From positions 95,728,001-95,792,000 of the forward strand of contig NC_092348.1 of the NCBI RefSeq assembly GCF_963676685.1: a stretch of 64,000 bases of DNA, given 5' to 3'. The notes below the pieces were generated by a model that was given only the letters and a program-made list of their open reading frames with translations, did no database searches and was not told the origin of the DNA. This document shows, in pieces, positions 51,301-63,614 of this stretch (position 1 is its first letter; each line of letters starts with the position of its first letter). Made by a program: the position numbers and the translations under genes. The stretch comes from Mytilus edulis. Its lineage: Eukaryota.

Positions 51301-51753
51301 TTAACTTTAATTATGTCCATATTAAACATTTTTTTTTCAAGTCGCAGTCCGAATGTCTCACCCGGCTTCCCATTCGACCCACATTAAAGCTCCTATTAAA
51401 TTAATTTATTGTTTACTTCTTCTCGTCTCGAATATGCATGAAATGTTTTACATTGGACATTATGCAAACAATGAACACCTTCAAGTTTGTGGAAGTATAG
51501 ATCTCTACACTAACGACATGTCAGTTTGCGTCTGTATTCGACTTTTCGTCGACAATTTTTTTATAAGTTCAGTCTGAATATATTCAGATTATTTTTGTAC
51601 AGAATTATCTAAACCTAACATAATTCAATTCTTATACATTAAAAGCATTTCTTCTATTTAGGAGAAGAAAATCATGTAATGGTAACTATGAAGCCGACTG
51701 GTCAGTTCCTGACAGACGATACCGTTATTGGAGACCCAGACCATGAAAACTAA
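48334..51753 (+). CDS. Uncharacterised 206-aa basic, probably disordered protein encoded by 8 small exons
   Basis: Exons 48334-48364, 48604-48770, 48948-49026, 49340-49386, 49898-49943, 50631-50719, 50967-51036, 51662-51753 (621 nt). All are GT-AG, and exit phases 1,0,1,0,1,0,1 give one open frame MGNCAKACGKHGICLKKRPK...RRVGWRENLVD...RRKKKKKRRKK...RKRKRKKK...DPDHEN*. AATAAA near 51836 and 51849. An acceptor lies just before the ATG and a candidate UTR-exon donor AAG|GTAAGT is at 47428/47429. Confidence 0.75.
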
Positions 51754-53314
51754 ATACCTCAACACGTACGGAAGGATATAGATATTGCAATATTTTGTTA
51801 GCTCTGTGTTTGTTACTGTATTGCCTTTGCCAGGAAATAAAATTATATAAATAAAACATAGTGTTGGTATTCTATAATTGTGGGGTGAAGACCTTGAAAA
51901 GGCAAAAACACACATCAATATTAATCAATGATTGCATAAAAGACAGAACTTAAGATGCCAAGGGGTGAATAAGATAAAAAAAAAAAAAAAAAAAAAAACT
52001 TCATTTGTAACCGGCAAGGAATTGCATATTTAAACATACAATTCCTTGCTGTAACCATAGATGTTATGTTAATCACCATTTATTAAATGAGGTCAACGTC
52101 AGATGAACCTTTTCTGATGGACAGGATCCCATACAGTAATTCTATTGCTCATAAAATGAAATTGTTTTGAGGTCATATACCATGAGAAATAATCTCCATG
52201 GATATGAGATGTGCCAAAGTTTATACAACTGCATACCAAATATCATTGATCTACTACGAGTGACTCTCCTTAAAGTGCCTAATCACAACTTTTCAAATCA
52301 AAGTCAAATGAATGCACTATGACTGAAGGACAAGACCAAAATAATCTCCATGGTAATAAGATGTGCCAATGCTTATTCAACTCCATGCCAAATATCTTTG
52401 ATTTACCATTAGTGGTTCATGTTTAACTGAACTAATCACAAACTTTAACAAATTGTTGATGACACCTTAACACTAATCTGCAGTTTGGTATTTCATACAA
52501 CCAACTGACCATTGACCACTTTATAAGTGCTTGTTTAGAATAAGCAAAGGTGGAAATTAAAAAATAGAAAAACTGATATCAGCCAGACCACTGTTATTTT
52601 TTTTTAAACATATTTGTATGGTCTTTTGATAGATAAATACTTTTAACTACATGTATAAGAACTTAGTTTCCAACTCTTCCCCTTTTTTTTCTGTCATCAA
52701 GTTACTTTTGCTTGATTAAATACAATGTTTAAGTTTATTTAGCTTGTATCTCATAAAGGCCAGTGTGAAATTTAAACATGTATCATTTTGTCTTTTTTTT
52801 AAATATCATCATTAAATATCCTAGCTCACAAATATGAATAATGTGAAAACAACAAAGAGAGAAATCAACATCTGGTGACTTATAGACATGCACATAATCA
52901 ACAGCCTTATCTTAGAGGATGTTTAACTACAAAATGTGTATGCAAAGAAGCTAAAATGAGTTCAATATTTCATTTGTAAAATTGCAGTTTAAGCAGAATA
53001 TATAACCATCATACTTCTTCCCTTCTAAATCTAAATAATTCTGGATTCTGCTGAAAATTTGTGAAAAGATAATACAAATTTCAATTTTTGAATTTGACCA
53101 ACTGACCGTTAAATCTATAATGTAATCAACAATGAAAAAATTTATGTATGTCAAGTTGAAGATTTCAGATAAGATGGATGTTTTAACATGATTTACAATA
53201 AATATTAAATACATTTTAAATGCATATTGTATTACAGCGATACATTCTGTACACCATTGTATCTATGATGCACATAAATAAATAAAAATTCATAGATAGA
53301 AATAAGATCCATTG

Positions 53315-55567
53315 TCAGCCTATCGTTACACATGTCTCTTCCTGAACATGAATTTCCTCATTTAGTGATATATCTTGCTGAATAGCTAATTGTTCTATTT
53401 CCATTTCTGTACCGCTGTCTGTTGTAATGATTTCCCGTGGCGTCGTATCCACTCTATTTATCTGCGACTGATCTCGTGACATTTCGTTCTCTATAATCTG
53501 TAATTCCTCTGATGGTTCCATCTTTACAGGTGTACGTTCAACAGTTCCCCGATCCTTAGCAATAGCAGGATTGTCATGAGTTTGCATGTGTGTATCAAGT
53601 ATTGTCTTGCGACTGAATCCTAGTCCACAGAGGTCACATCTAAATGCTTTTAGTCCTGTATGTGTCCGCTTGTGTGTGACTAGGTTGACTTTTTGGCAGA
53701 AAGTTTTATCACAGAAATCACATTTATACGGACGTTCACCAGTGTGTATTCTAATGTGTCGGTACAAATCAGAGATTTTATTGAACTTCCTGTTACATGT
53801 ATCACATACAATTTCTCCAGTATGTACTTTCATATGAGCATTTAACCTAGCAGTATTGTTGAATCCTTTAAAGCAAACTCCACATTTGTATGGAGATTCG
53901 TCCTTGACGTGGATTTTCATGTGTCGACGTAGATTACCGCTCTCATTAAAGCCCCTAGTACAGATCGGACATTTGAAAGGTTTTTCCCCAGTATGTATTC
54001 TACAATGCATCCTGACTTCATATTTATGTGTAAAACCTTTACCACAATATCCACACTTATATTCTTTGTCATTTGTATGAGATTTTAAATGACGATGACA
54101 GTTACTTTTACTGTTATATTCTTTACCACACACATTGCACTTGTAAACAAACTTTGACTTTGTTCCTTCCTGTATTTCTGTCTCAGCTTCAACTTCCATA
54201 TGCATTTTGGCTGGAATGTCATTATCGGTGTAGACCTCGGACAGATCGGCTTGTGGAGGTTCAGGTTCCGGTTCTGGCTCCGGTAACATAGATTCATCAG
54301 CCTCCGTTGGTACATCAATAATATCTAGTTCTATAATAGAAGCTTCCTCACTTGACAGTATTAGTCCAGGTATGGCTTTATGATTTTTACGCTTCATATT
54401 GTCAGGCAGATTTTCAAAGACAGCAATTTGAGCTAATTCTGAATGAGTCCTTAAATGGGATGCCAAACTAGCTTTCTGGAAAATTTTACCACAATGTCCA
54501 CACATATAAACCTTTTCAGTAGCATGAGTTTTGATATGATTTTGCCAGTTAGGTTTATTTTTGTACAACTTCCCACATATATTACATTTATAGAAGACCA
54601 TTTGCGAACTTGCTCCAGCATTAAGTATAACAGTGCTCTGGTTTTGTGTTTTTATATTGTTTTGAATGATGGTTGTTCCATTTGGAAGTTGACGATTTTT
54701 AACAGTTCCACCTAAAATATCTCTCTTTGTAACCTGAGTAGCTACATCAAATAAACCCTGGCGTGAAAATTTTGGATAACATGTGATTTGAGTGGCCACA
54801 TCACGGTACCTGGTCTCCTTGACTACGGACACAACAGAAGGTTGCTCCTCCTCGGTAACAATAAACTTCTCGTCACTCTCAGTGGTTTGGTCTTCTTCTT
54901 CCTTTGCAGCCTCTTCATCAACCACGTATAATTGGACTGTCCCATCAGGTAAAACCTCGGATCGTACGTTCTGTAGATTTTGATACTGTATTGGCATACC
55001 TTCTATTATTATCTCTTGGTTATCTTCTTGTGAAATATCATCAACAGTTTGTACCCCAGAATTCATAAAACTTTGATCAGTTATACTCTGTATTTCAGGA
55101 ATTTGAACCAGAACAGACTGTTCTCCTGCACTTAAGCTTGAATTATCTTGAACAGAATACATATGTTCATTTTCACCATAAACAATATGCATTTCTTCAC
55201 TACCATTTTCGGACTGAATGATCTCCCCTTTAATATGAGTGTCATAATTTTCATCTGTCTTTTTTTCCTGACTATTTTTGCCTTGATCAGTAAATGTATT
55301 AGCAATATGTAATAAATGTGGCTCCCCTTCCTGAGCATTGATGAAGGTGTTAGCTATCTGCAGCATCTGTTCCCCTGCCTGGACCTCGTCTATACCATAA
55401 TCAGCAAACTGTGACTGGTCCCCTTGTCCTGTGATTTCCATCACCATTTGGCCATCCTGGGTAAAGATGTTGACCGTTCCCTGTTGAGATTCTAATGTAC
55501 TGGTATCCTCCTCCCCACCTTCCCGTAATATGTACATGGGCTGACCATCACTGTGGTCTGTCATCAT
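53315..55567 (-). CDS. C2H2 zinc-finger protein (2+7 fingers, acidic N-terminus), single coding exon, 750 aa
   Basis: Long ORF with nine CxxC...HxxxH fingers and TGEKP/TGERP linkers. Splice acceptor TTTCAG at 55574-55579 just upstream of the ATG. Confidence 0.93.
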   Translation of the reverse strand: MMTDHSDGQPMYILREGGEEDTSTLESQQGTVNIFTQDGQMVMEITGQGDQSQFADYGIDEVQAGEQMLQIANTFINAQEGEPHLLHIANTFTDQGKNSQEKKTDENYDTHIKGEIIQSENGSEEMHIVYGENEHMYSVQDNSSLSAGEQSVLVQIPEIQSITDQSFMNSGVQTVDDISQEDNQEIIIEGMPIQYQNLQNVRSEVLPDGTVQLYVVDEEAAKEEEDQTTESDEKFIVTEEEQPSVVSVVKETRYRDVATQITCYPKFSRQGLFDVATQVTKRDILGGTVKNRQLPNGTTIIQNNIKTQNQSTVILNAGASSQMVFYKCNICGKLYKNKPNWQNHIKTHATEKVYMCGHCGKIFQKASLASHLRTHSELAQIAVFENLPDNMKRKNHKAIPGLILSSEEASIIELDIIDVPTEADESMLPEPEPEPEPPQADLSEVYTDNDIPAKMHMEVEAETEIQEGTKSKFVYKCNVCGKEYNSKSNCHRHLKSHTNDKEYKCGYCGKGFTHKYEVRMHCRIHTGEKPFKCPICTRGFNESGNLRRHMKIHVKDESPYKCGVCFKGFNNTARLNAHMKVHTGEIVCDTCNRKFNKISDLYRHIRIHTGERPYKCDFCDKTFCQKVNLVTHKRTHTGLKAFRCDLCGLGFSRKTILDTHMQTHDNPAIAKDRGTVERTPVKMEPSEELQIIENEMSRDQSQINRVDTTPREIITTDSGTEMEIEQLAIQQDISLNEEIHVQEETCVTIG

Positions 55568-57437
55568 GGATCTCTGAAATCATAAACCAATTGATAAATA
55601 ATAAGACATAATTGATCATGTAAAGTTCTAACAACAAAAAACAATATCCTATCAGGCTGGATCTGTTGACCTTGGAATAGTGCTTACAGAGTACATATAA
55701 ATTTTATTATATAGAAGGATCTAGGGAGGGGGTGTTGTGGAAAAAAAGTTGTTTGATTATATATGTACATGTAGGGAATCACTGAAGCATGACTGGAATG
55801 GGGCACCTTGTGAAAATTCAAGTTTCTAAAATCCCATGATATCTGTTTCTTATTCAAATTTGTTGGATTTAGTTTTTCTTGTACAGTTACAAATATTTTT
55901 AATTTAATCAATGTTTAACTATATATTCCTGTGATATTTCTGAATGTGACATACACTTAGAACATAGATTAATTAGTCTGTTGGTTTTCAATGTGAATTG
56001 TTTACATTTTTGTTTTCTGGATTTTAATTGCTTGCTACGTACATGTATGTGGTATGGGTGTTTTTCATTGTTGAAGGTAGTTAAGTACAGTGACAAATAG
56101 TTGCTAACTTTACAAAGTCATTTGGTTTCTGGTTTATAGTTGTCTCAGGGACAAATAGGATCTGTTTGTGGTACATGTAGGGTGAGCAGCTGAGATATTG
56201 AATACCCCTTCCTATTCATATATTTTGAGTAATGTACATAATTAACCTATTATATTATATTTTGACAAATAATAGCTACAAGTATCATGCTAATGCCATT
56301 TCATGGAAAGATAAGTAGATTTGACAAATATCTGATGTATTAATGTCTGTAGTTTAAATCTATCTATTTTTTTACAAGTTTCAGATATTTATATGATTCA
56401 ATCAACAACCTTGTCCATATAAAATCATGTCATATATTTCATGCCTTTATCATCAGTCAGAGCTCAGGCTTTAATTAATAACAATATAAAAAGAAAATGT
56501 GGTATGATTGCCAATGTAGAGACAACTCTCCACAAGAGACCAAATGACACAGAAATTATCAGCTATAGGTCACCTATTATTGTCTCCGGCTTGTATTTTG
56601 ACAAAAGTGTTTACATTTTTGGACTTGTCTAAGTTTTTAAATGACAGACTGGCTCATTAAACAGGATGAAACATAGTATGTGGTTTTGTGGTCACCTATG
56701 ACAATACACTCTTCTCTGAAAATTGTCAAGGACCTGTGCATTGTTTGCAACTTAATGATCTGATTAAATAAAGAATAGTTTGAAACTTTTTCCTTACATC
56801 GAAGTTTAAGTTTTACTAATTTGATCAGAAAGGAAATGGAAAAAGTCTGTTTTTACACTCATAATTTATATTTATGATTGGCTTTCTTTAATGACTGTAT
56901 CTTACTCTTAGCATTGATCATGACATGATCGTCATAGAAAGGGACATAAGATACCAGAGGGAGAGTCAAACTCATAGATTGAAAATAAACTGACAACGCC
57001 ATCACTGGGCATCAGGTATGGCTAAAAATAAAAAGACAAATATTGATATAATAGAGTATTGAAGTTAAACAAGATTTCGACCCAAAGAAGCCATTTATAT
57101 GAACATCTGGAAATATTGAGGTTAAGCAATTATAACTTGCATAACGCTTTATATGTTTGAATGATTTTATTGTGTTGAAAAGAGAATTGTCTCATATTAT
57201 ACTTCTGCACGTGCAAAAAAAACAAAGTGAAAGTAGCTTCTTCGAGTGCAAGCGCACACTGTACCCAAGTAATCAATCTGATGCTTGAATGCCAACAATT
57301 TCAATGGCTGTAAAGCTTCCGTTTGATAATCTTTCAGAGGTTTGAACTGATAGTCAATTTCCAAGGTCACAACAATAGCACGTGGACAGAATTGTTTTCT
57401 GGCTTACGACAGAAGTCATTTGATTTAGGGAACATAC

Positions 57438-57883
57438 CTATATTCAACTAAAGTATAAATTTATGTATGCGTTTGAAGATGTCTGCCACTAATCTTCCTA
57501 TACCGCGTTCTTGAAAGAGACCCGCCCTCTGTTGGACAGTCAACTATAAGGGAGATAACTTCAGCGACACTTAAGGCACAATATGGGTTGCAATAATGAT
57601 TCATCAATAAAAAAAATTAAGAAATATGTTTTTTTTTTATTTAGAATATTTTAGAAAATATTTATTCAAAGTAAAAAAGTCTTGTATTGGTTATATGCTT
57701 ATTTCGTGGTAGAAATGACATGAGAAAACCCTTGAAGGACCCCAAAATAGCAGACGCTATCCGTAAAGATTGTGAATGTGTTGCAATCTACTTAGATTTA
57801 ACTCCCTTTTACTGTCAACGTACTGCGGGAGACGCCATTCTATTCAGTCTTGCACATTAGATAGAGTATTGTGAATTAGAGTT
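57438..57883. promoter_or_regulatory. Putative bidirectional promoter and non-coding first exons of the two zinc-finger genes
   Basis: CpG-richer patch with outward-facing donors: AG|GTATGT on minus (exon end 57438) and TT|GTAAGT on plus (exon end 57883). Both coding exons are preceded by acceptors, so upstream UTR exons are required. Confidence 0.45.
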
Positions 57884-58542
57884 GTAAGTTTCATACTTTT
57901 TCACCAATTATTTGCTAATATTACTCGTGAGTTCCAAGTTGGACAATATTTTTCAAACCTAGAAAAGTCTTTCAGTCAGAAGCTTGGCAGTCATGAGGCT
58001 CTACAGTTATGCAAGCATCATCTCGACATTTAGGGTAGAATAAACGTTTTGTTTGTAGCTTTCTCAGCGGATTTCTACTTTCGATTTGCCAAACGTTGCA
58101 CTTTGTTACTTTTTGAGTAACAATGGATCATTTTTGTCAATTTATGCAGTCTTGAAAAAAAACCTCTATTAAAGTGTAAAATTTTATGACATCTTTAGTC
58201 AAGGACAAGGGAAATATTTTTCCATGTCAGAAAAAGATATAAACAATAGTCAATAAACGTGCAGCAACCTAGCTGCGGAACTTAAGAGCTACGGTTCTTC
58301 AGCTAGCAGCAACCTAGTCCAAATAATTATGACCTCTTGAAACCAGAAAGGCTAGTTTATTTTTTGTTTTAACACTTAATGTAAGCTGTAAAATCAACAA
58401 AATAAAATAGTCTTTCAAAATGTCATAATTATTTGGATTAGTCACATAATAATGATAATAGGGGTACCATGATTTTCTGAGGACAAGAACAAATTAATAT
58501 CTCGAGGACAAATACACCTTATCGCTATTTGTCCGCCATTTA

Positions 58543-58880
58543 GGAGATAACTGTATTGTATTTTAAGCTCTGACGGCATCAATTGGGGATTTGATAGTTG
58601 CAAAGTAAGTTTACTGGCGACGCGTCAGCAGAGACAGTTAACAGGTATTTGCGACCATCAAATCCCAAATTGATGCCGTCGGAGCTTAAAATACAATATT
58701 GTTATCTCCATTCTAATGAAACTGACAGAAAACAACGTTAAAACATGTATTTGACATCTGTCATATGCTGTCGGAGCTTGCGCGTACGTCCCATAGCATC
58801 AATTGTCAATTGATGACATGTAAGAAAGTGATGTTATCCAATCAAAATGAACGTTACAAACGTTGTTGCATTAGAATGCT
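58543..58880. mobile_element. Small non-autonomous element with a long palindrome
   Basis: ggagataac..tattgtattttaagctc.gacggcatcaatt / aattgatgccgtcggagcttaaaatacaata..gttatctcc (58543-58709). Confidence 0.6.
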
Positions 58881-60273
58881 GGATATCACACAGGTTCCCG
58901 TAAAATTTTAACGTCATAAAACAAAATATCTGATGCCACAATGGAAAAGTGATTGTTGTATGACTCCAAAGTTCAAGTGGCCGGGTCAGACGGGATTAGA
59001 GATAAGGTGTATTGATTTGTCTCAAAAACATGATTTTCCATAGTGTTCATCGCTTAAACTTGCAAATTATAGATCTGAGACGTGTTAGTTTTAAATACTC
59101 AAGAAAAATACAAGTTATCTTCAAGAAATTGATTGGTACATGTATGCACATTTTTAAAGTTTTCTACCTTATGAATACATATAAAGACATCTGCCATATT
59201 GTTTTCAACAAGTGATATGTTTATAACTTACAAGACATGCTTAGCGATTTCCTGAAGATAAATTGCACTTTCATTGAGTAAACATGACATATCTTAAAAT
59301 TATATACTTTAATATTATTTTAAGTAGTATAACACCATGTTTTTGGGACAAATCAGTTTGTCCTTTGGATATAAATTTGTTCTTGTAGTCTTGGGAAATC
59401 GTGGTACTGTAATAATGAGAGTAAAAATTTTATTAGTTTGAACTCCAAACAATAGGATTGTTACTAAATTAAAAAAAAAAACGCAAACAAACAAACAGAC
59501 GTCACAAACATATAAATGAGAAAAGGACTGACAACCATAATATATCTAGCAGTCGCATAATTAGAAATTGATATACTTCACAAAGACATACTTGATATCA
59601 ACTGGACTTATGTAATTTGATATAATATTAAACGAGCATGTGGCAAGTTTACTTTTTACTGGTTAAAATAAATAATAAGAGTAAATATCAAGAGCACAGG
59701 AATTAGAAATTCTATTATAAAAATTCTGTAAATTATAAAAGTTGATTATCAGTAAACTCTATGAGAAGATCTACTGATAGTTGACTTTATTACTACAGTA
59801 TTTTATTGATGGATTTTCTGACTTCAAATGGTGAAGATATAAGCAATAAAAGGTCACTGTATGGTCTTCAACGATGAGAAAAACCTATACTATAGTGTAA
59901 CATCATTTATGTACCAAACAAAACATGAAAATCTAATATGATATATAATACAGCAACAATTTACAAAAATACATTTATGACCCAACAACTGACTTGGATC
60001 AAGACAAAGAATATGGTAGGGTTAAACATGTTTTTGAGGATTCAACCCTCCTCTAACCTAGGACATTAGTGTAACAGCACACAACATAAGAACAAACATG
60101 ACAAAATGGAAAAATCAGTTGCTCAACTCAATAGATCAATACAAAGCACAATAAAAACCTACACACATATAAAGTTTTCATCATTTTCAGTTTTATTATG
60201 CTATTGTTGCTTTGTATATTACATTTTCCCCCTTTCATTTCAGTGTAAATAGAGTTGAGTGTATAGATTCAGA

Positions 60274-62631
60274 ATGAATCAAGAAATCTTAATTGATGGG
60301 GTACCAGTCCAGATACCAGCAGGGAACTATAAAACAGAATATTTACCAGATGGAACTGTACAGATTGTTGTGTACTCCAACACTACTGTTGATACCGGAG
60401 CAGAGGGAGAGTTCAAATGGAAGGGACATTTTTGTCGTACTATAGGTATCCAAAACACAACTGTACCACACCATAACAGTTATGACTTTGCTGACAGTGG
60501 TGTTCAGACTGATTTTCCAGTAGAAGATGAGGAAGAAACTAAAGTTACGGAAGATACTAACTTGGAAGTGGAAGATGAACAAGTAGAAGAAATGATTCGT
60601 GATGAAGAAAACCAAGAAAATTTTGGAAAAGGAAAGAGAAAACGAGGACGTCCACCAACTACATTAAAACCTGTAAAACCCAGAAAGTCATTTTCCAATG
60701 CCAGTGTTATACAAAATATTCAGGATGACGAGACTGAGAAAAGTGATCAGACTGTTCATAAATGTGGATTGTGTGGCATTACTTATAAACGTAGGGCTAA
60801 CTGGCAGAATCATCTCAAAACTCATGCCAAAGAGAAAATTTATATGTGTGGTTATTGTGGAAATTTGTTTCAGAAGGTCAACTTTCTACAACATCTGAAG
60901 ACTCACAAAGATGAGCAAGATGAAGCTAACATGAGACCTATAGTAGAGACTAATCCACGTAGACCTGATCGACCATCACCACCACCGCCACCACCACCAC
61001 GGACACCAACTCAACAAACTCAACAACCAACACACACGGCCCAACCCCCACAACAAACCATTCAAGAAACAGAATCATCTGACGGAGAAAAACAGTTCAT
61101 GGTCAAAAGTCATCAAGTGACACTACCGAATCAACAAGTAGCGACATTGATAGATCTTGGTAATCTAATGGATGTCTCGGTGAACGAAGATGGTACAATT
61201 GATGGGGTCGAGACTCCTAAGACAATTACTGCAGATCCACTGGATGAGTCTGGTATAATGAATAATGACCCAGATTATAACCCCAGTGATGGAATAGATG
61301 ATACCAAGTATATATATAAGTGTAATGTGTGTGGCAAGGAGTACAACAGTAAGAGTAACTGCCATCGCCATTTGAAGACACATACCCATGCCAAAGTTTA
61401 CAAGTGTAACGATTGTGACAAGACATACATGCATCGTTATGAACTTAAGATGCACAGGCGTATTCATACTGGTAAACATTTACATTACATATATTTATTC
61501 AAACTTGCCACTTTTTTCACATAGAAAAAATAAATAAATGAATGAATCTTTAGAAACAAAATTTGACAAGAAATGATCTACATTAAAAACAAACTTGTGG
61601 TATAATTGCCAATGAGACAACTCTCCACAGTAGACCAAATGACACAGAAAGAATCAACTATAGGTCACCTTAAGGCTTCAACAATGAGAAAATTTCATAC
61701 CACATAGTCAGCCATAAAAGGATCTGAAATGGCAAAAGTAAAACAACTAAAAACAAGAAAACTAACATGTATTTGGATATCATGTATGTTATAACTATTC
61801 AGCTATTAAGTACAAAATGTATTAAAATCACTATTTGCTAAGGTGGAGTTCATTCACAGTTGTAGTTTTCTAAGTGTTTAGAAAAAAATGTTTTTATTCT
61901 TAACTAGAAGTATTACTGTTCTTTTTACATTGTACATGTACATACTGATATAATTTCTATACATTTAAGGTGAGAAACCCTACAAGTGTCCCATCTGTAC
62001 GAGAGCTTTCAATGAGAGTGGTAATCTAAGACGGCACATGAAGATCCATGCCGGTGATGACACACCATATAAATGTGGCGTCTGTTTCAAAGGATTTAGT
62101 GATATGTATCGTCTTCATGTCCATCTGAAAGTTCACAGTGGTAAAATTGTATGTGATACGTGTGGTAAATCATTCACTAAGATATCAGACTTGTATCGAC
62201 ACATACGAATCCATACTGGGGATAAACCATACAAATGTGATGTATGTAAGAAGGCGTTCGCTCAGAAGGTAAACTTACAGACACATTATCGCACACATAC
62301 AGGGAAAACCCCTTATCGTTGTGATATTTGTAATTTTGGTTTTAGTCGTAAACAAATATTAGACAATCACATGAGAGGCCATGAGGAGGAGGAGTTAGAA
62401 GATCTAAAAAAACAACAGGAAGAAAACATGGAAAAAGAAAGTTCAAACATTGACCAGGATGTTGAAATTCATGTACAGAATGTGATGGATGCTGCGGCTG
62501 AAAATGAGGAAGGGTTAATAGAGGTACCTGAAGACGCACAGGAAGTAGAGACAGGACTGTCACAGGAAGAACTCGCCCAACTGGTGGCTGCATCTGTAGT
62601 AGAACATGTAGAAGTAGAACCAACAGCATAA
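60274..62631 (+). CDS. C2H2 zinc-finger protein (AT-hook-like motif, 2+7 fingers), 2 coding exons, 619 aa; paralog of the 53315-55567 gene
   Basis: Exons 60274-61471 and 61970-62631 joined by a phase-1 intron in HTG|EKP. KRKRGRPP motif. Fingers are near-identical to the neighbour (CNVCGKEYNSKSNCHRHLK, FNESGNLRRHMKIH, KISDLYRHIRIH). Acceptor at 60242-60243. Confidence 0.92.
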
Positions 62632-63614
62632 TTTAAATACAAGAATAGAACTGTCAAAGAATAATATTCTTCATTATATACATGAACATACAAAACACAA
62701 ATATCAAATTTGTATTCAGTAGAGAAATGTAATTCATTTTAAAAATCTGAACAAAAATTTTAATAAATTTGTATTTTGCTGGAATTTAAAGGAAACTACA
62801 AATATATTTTTGTAAATATTGCTGTCATGCAGCTCTGTACATGCGTAGGCGTGATAATGAATTTTCGAAAAAATGTTAATGAAAAATCCTGGTCATGTGT
62901 AATGAGATTATTAACTTAATTTAAGAGTCTATTATACATGTTATACATGTATGTATGAGGAAAAAAATATATGTTACAAAACAAAAAGAAAAAAACAATA
63001 GCAACAGCTGTCTTCAAATTCAGAAATTAATTGTTTTTTTTTATTGTATTGATGAAAAAAGACTAAAAATAGGGGGAATAATTAAATGTATGTATTATTT
63101 AATTCTGTAAGTAACAATTTTCTGAAAAAAGTGAGGTTTTTATAATGTCAAAAGATTGCTGTTCCATCTTATCCTAATTTGCTAGTTTATACAATCAACT
63201 CCATTTAAAATAAATGAAAGTTTGTATGATGTACAAATGTATCATACTTTAAATACATTAACCTTGAATATTGTATCAAACATCATTTTCATCTGCACTG
63301 TATTGAAACAAGCAAAAAGTCCAGCAGTTTGATTAACTTTTAAGCAATGTTTAGCATTTTGTAATTTATTATAGTTGTTAATTGTTTAAATGCTATTGCA
63401 CTATTTATATCTATCATGCTCTTTTTGTTTTCTTATATCTTTAATACATAATGAACATTCATAATACTTTATGTGTTTCTTTATTTTGCCAGTTTACTGA
63501 CCATCAGCTTTTTACAACATTTAGATATTATCTCTGGTGAGGGACTTGTATAATTTTGTAGATGTGCTTTTACCTTTTTATCCTTCAACTTTTTTGTGAG
63601 ATAAGTATAAGATA

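Noticed and set aside
53586-55338. Short ORFs overlapping the zinc-finger gene (likewise 60343-62693)
   Set aside because: Antisense or frame shadows of real coding sequence.
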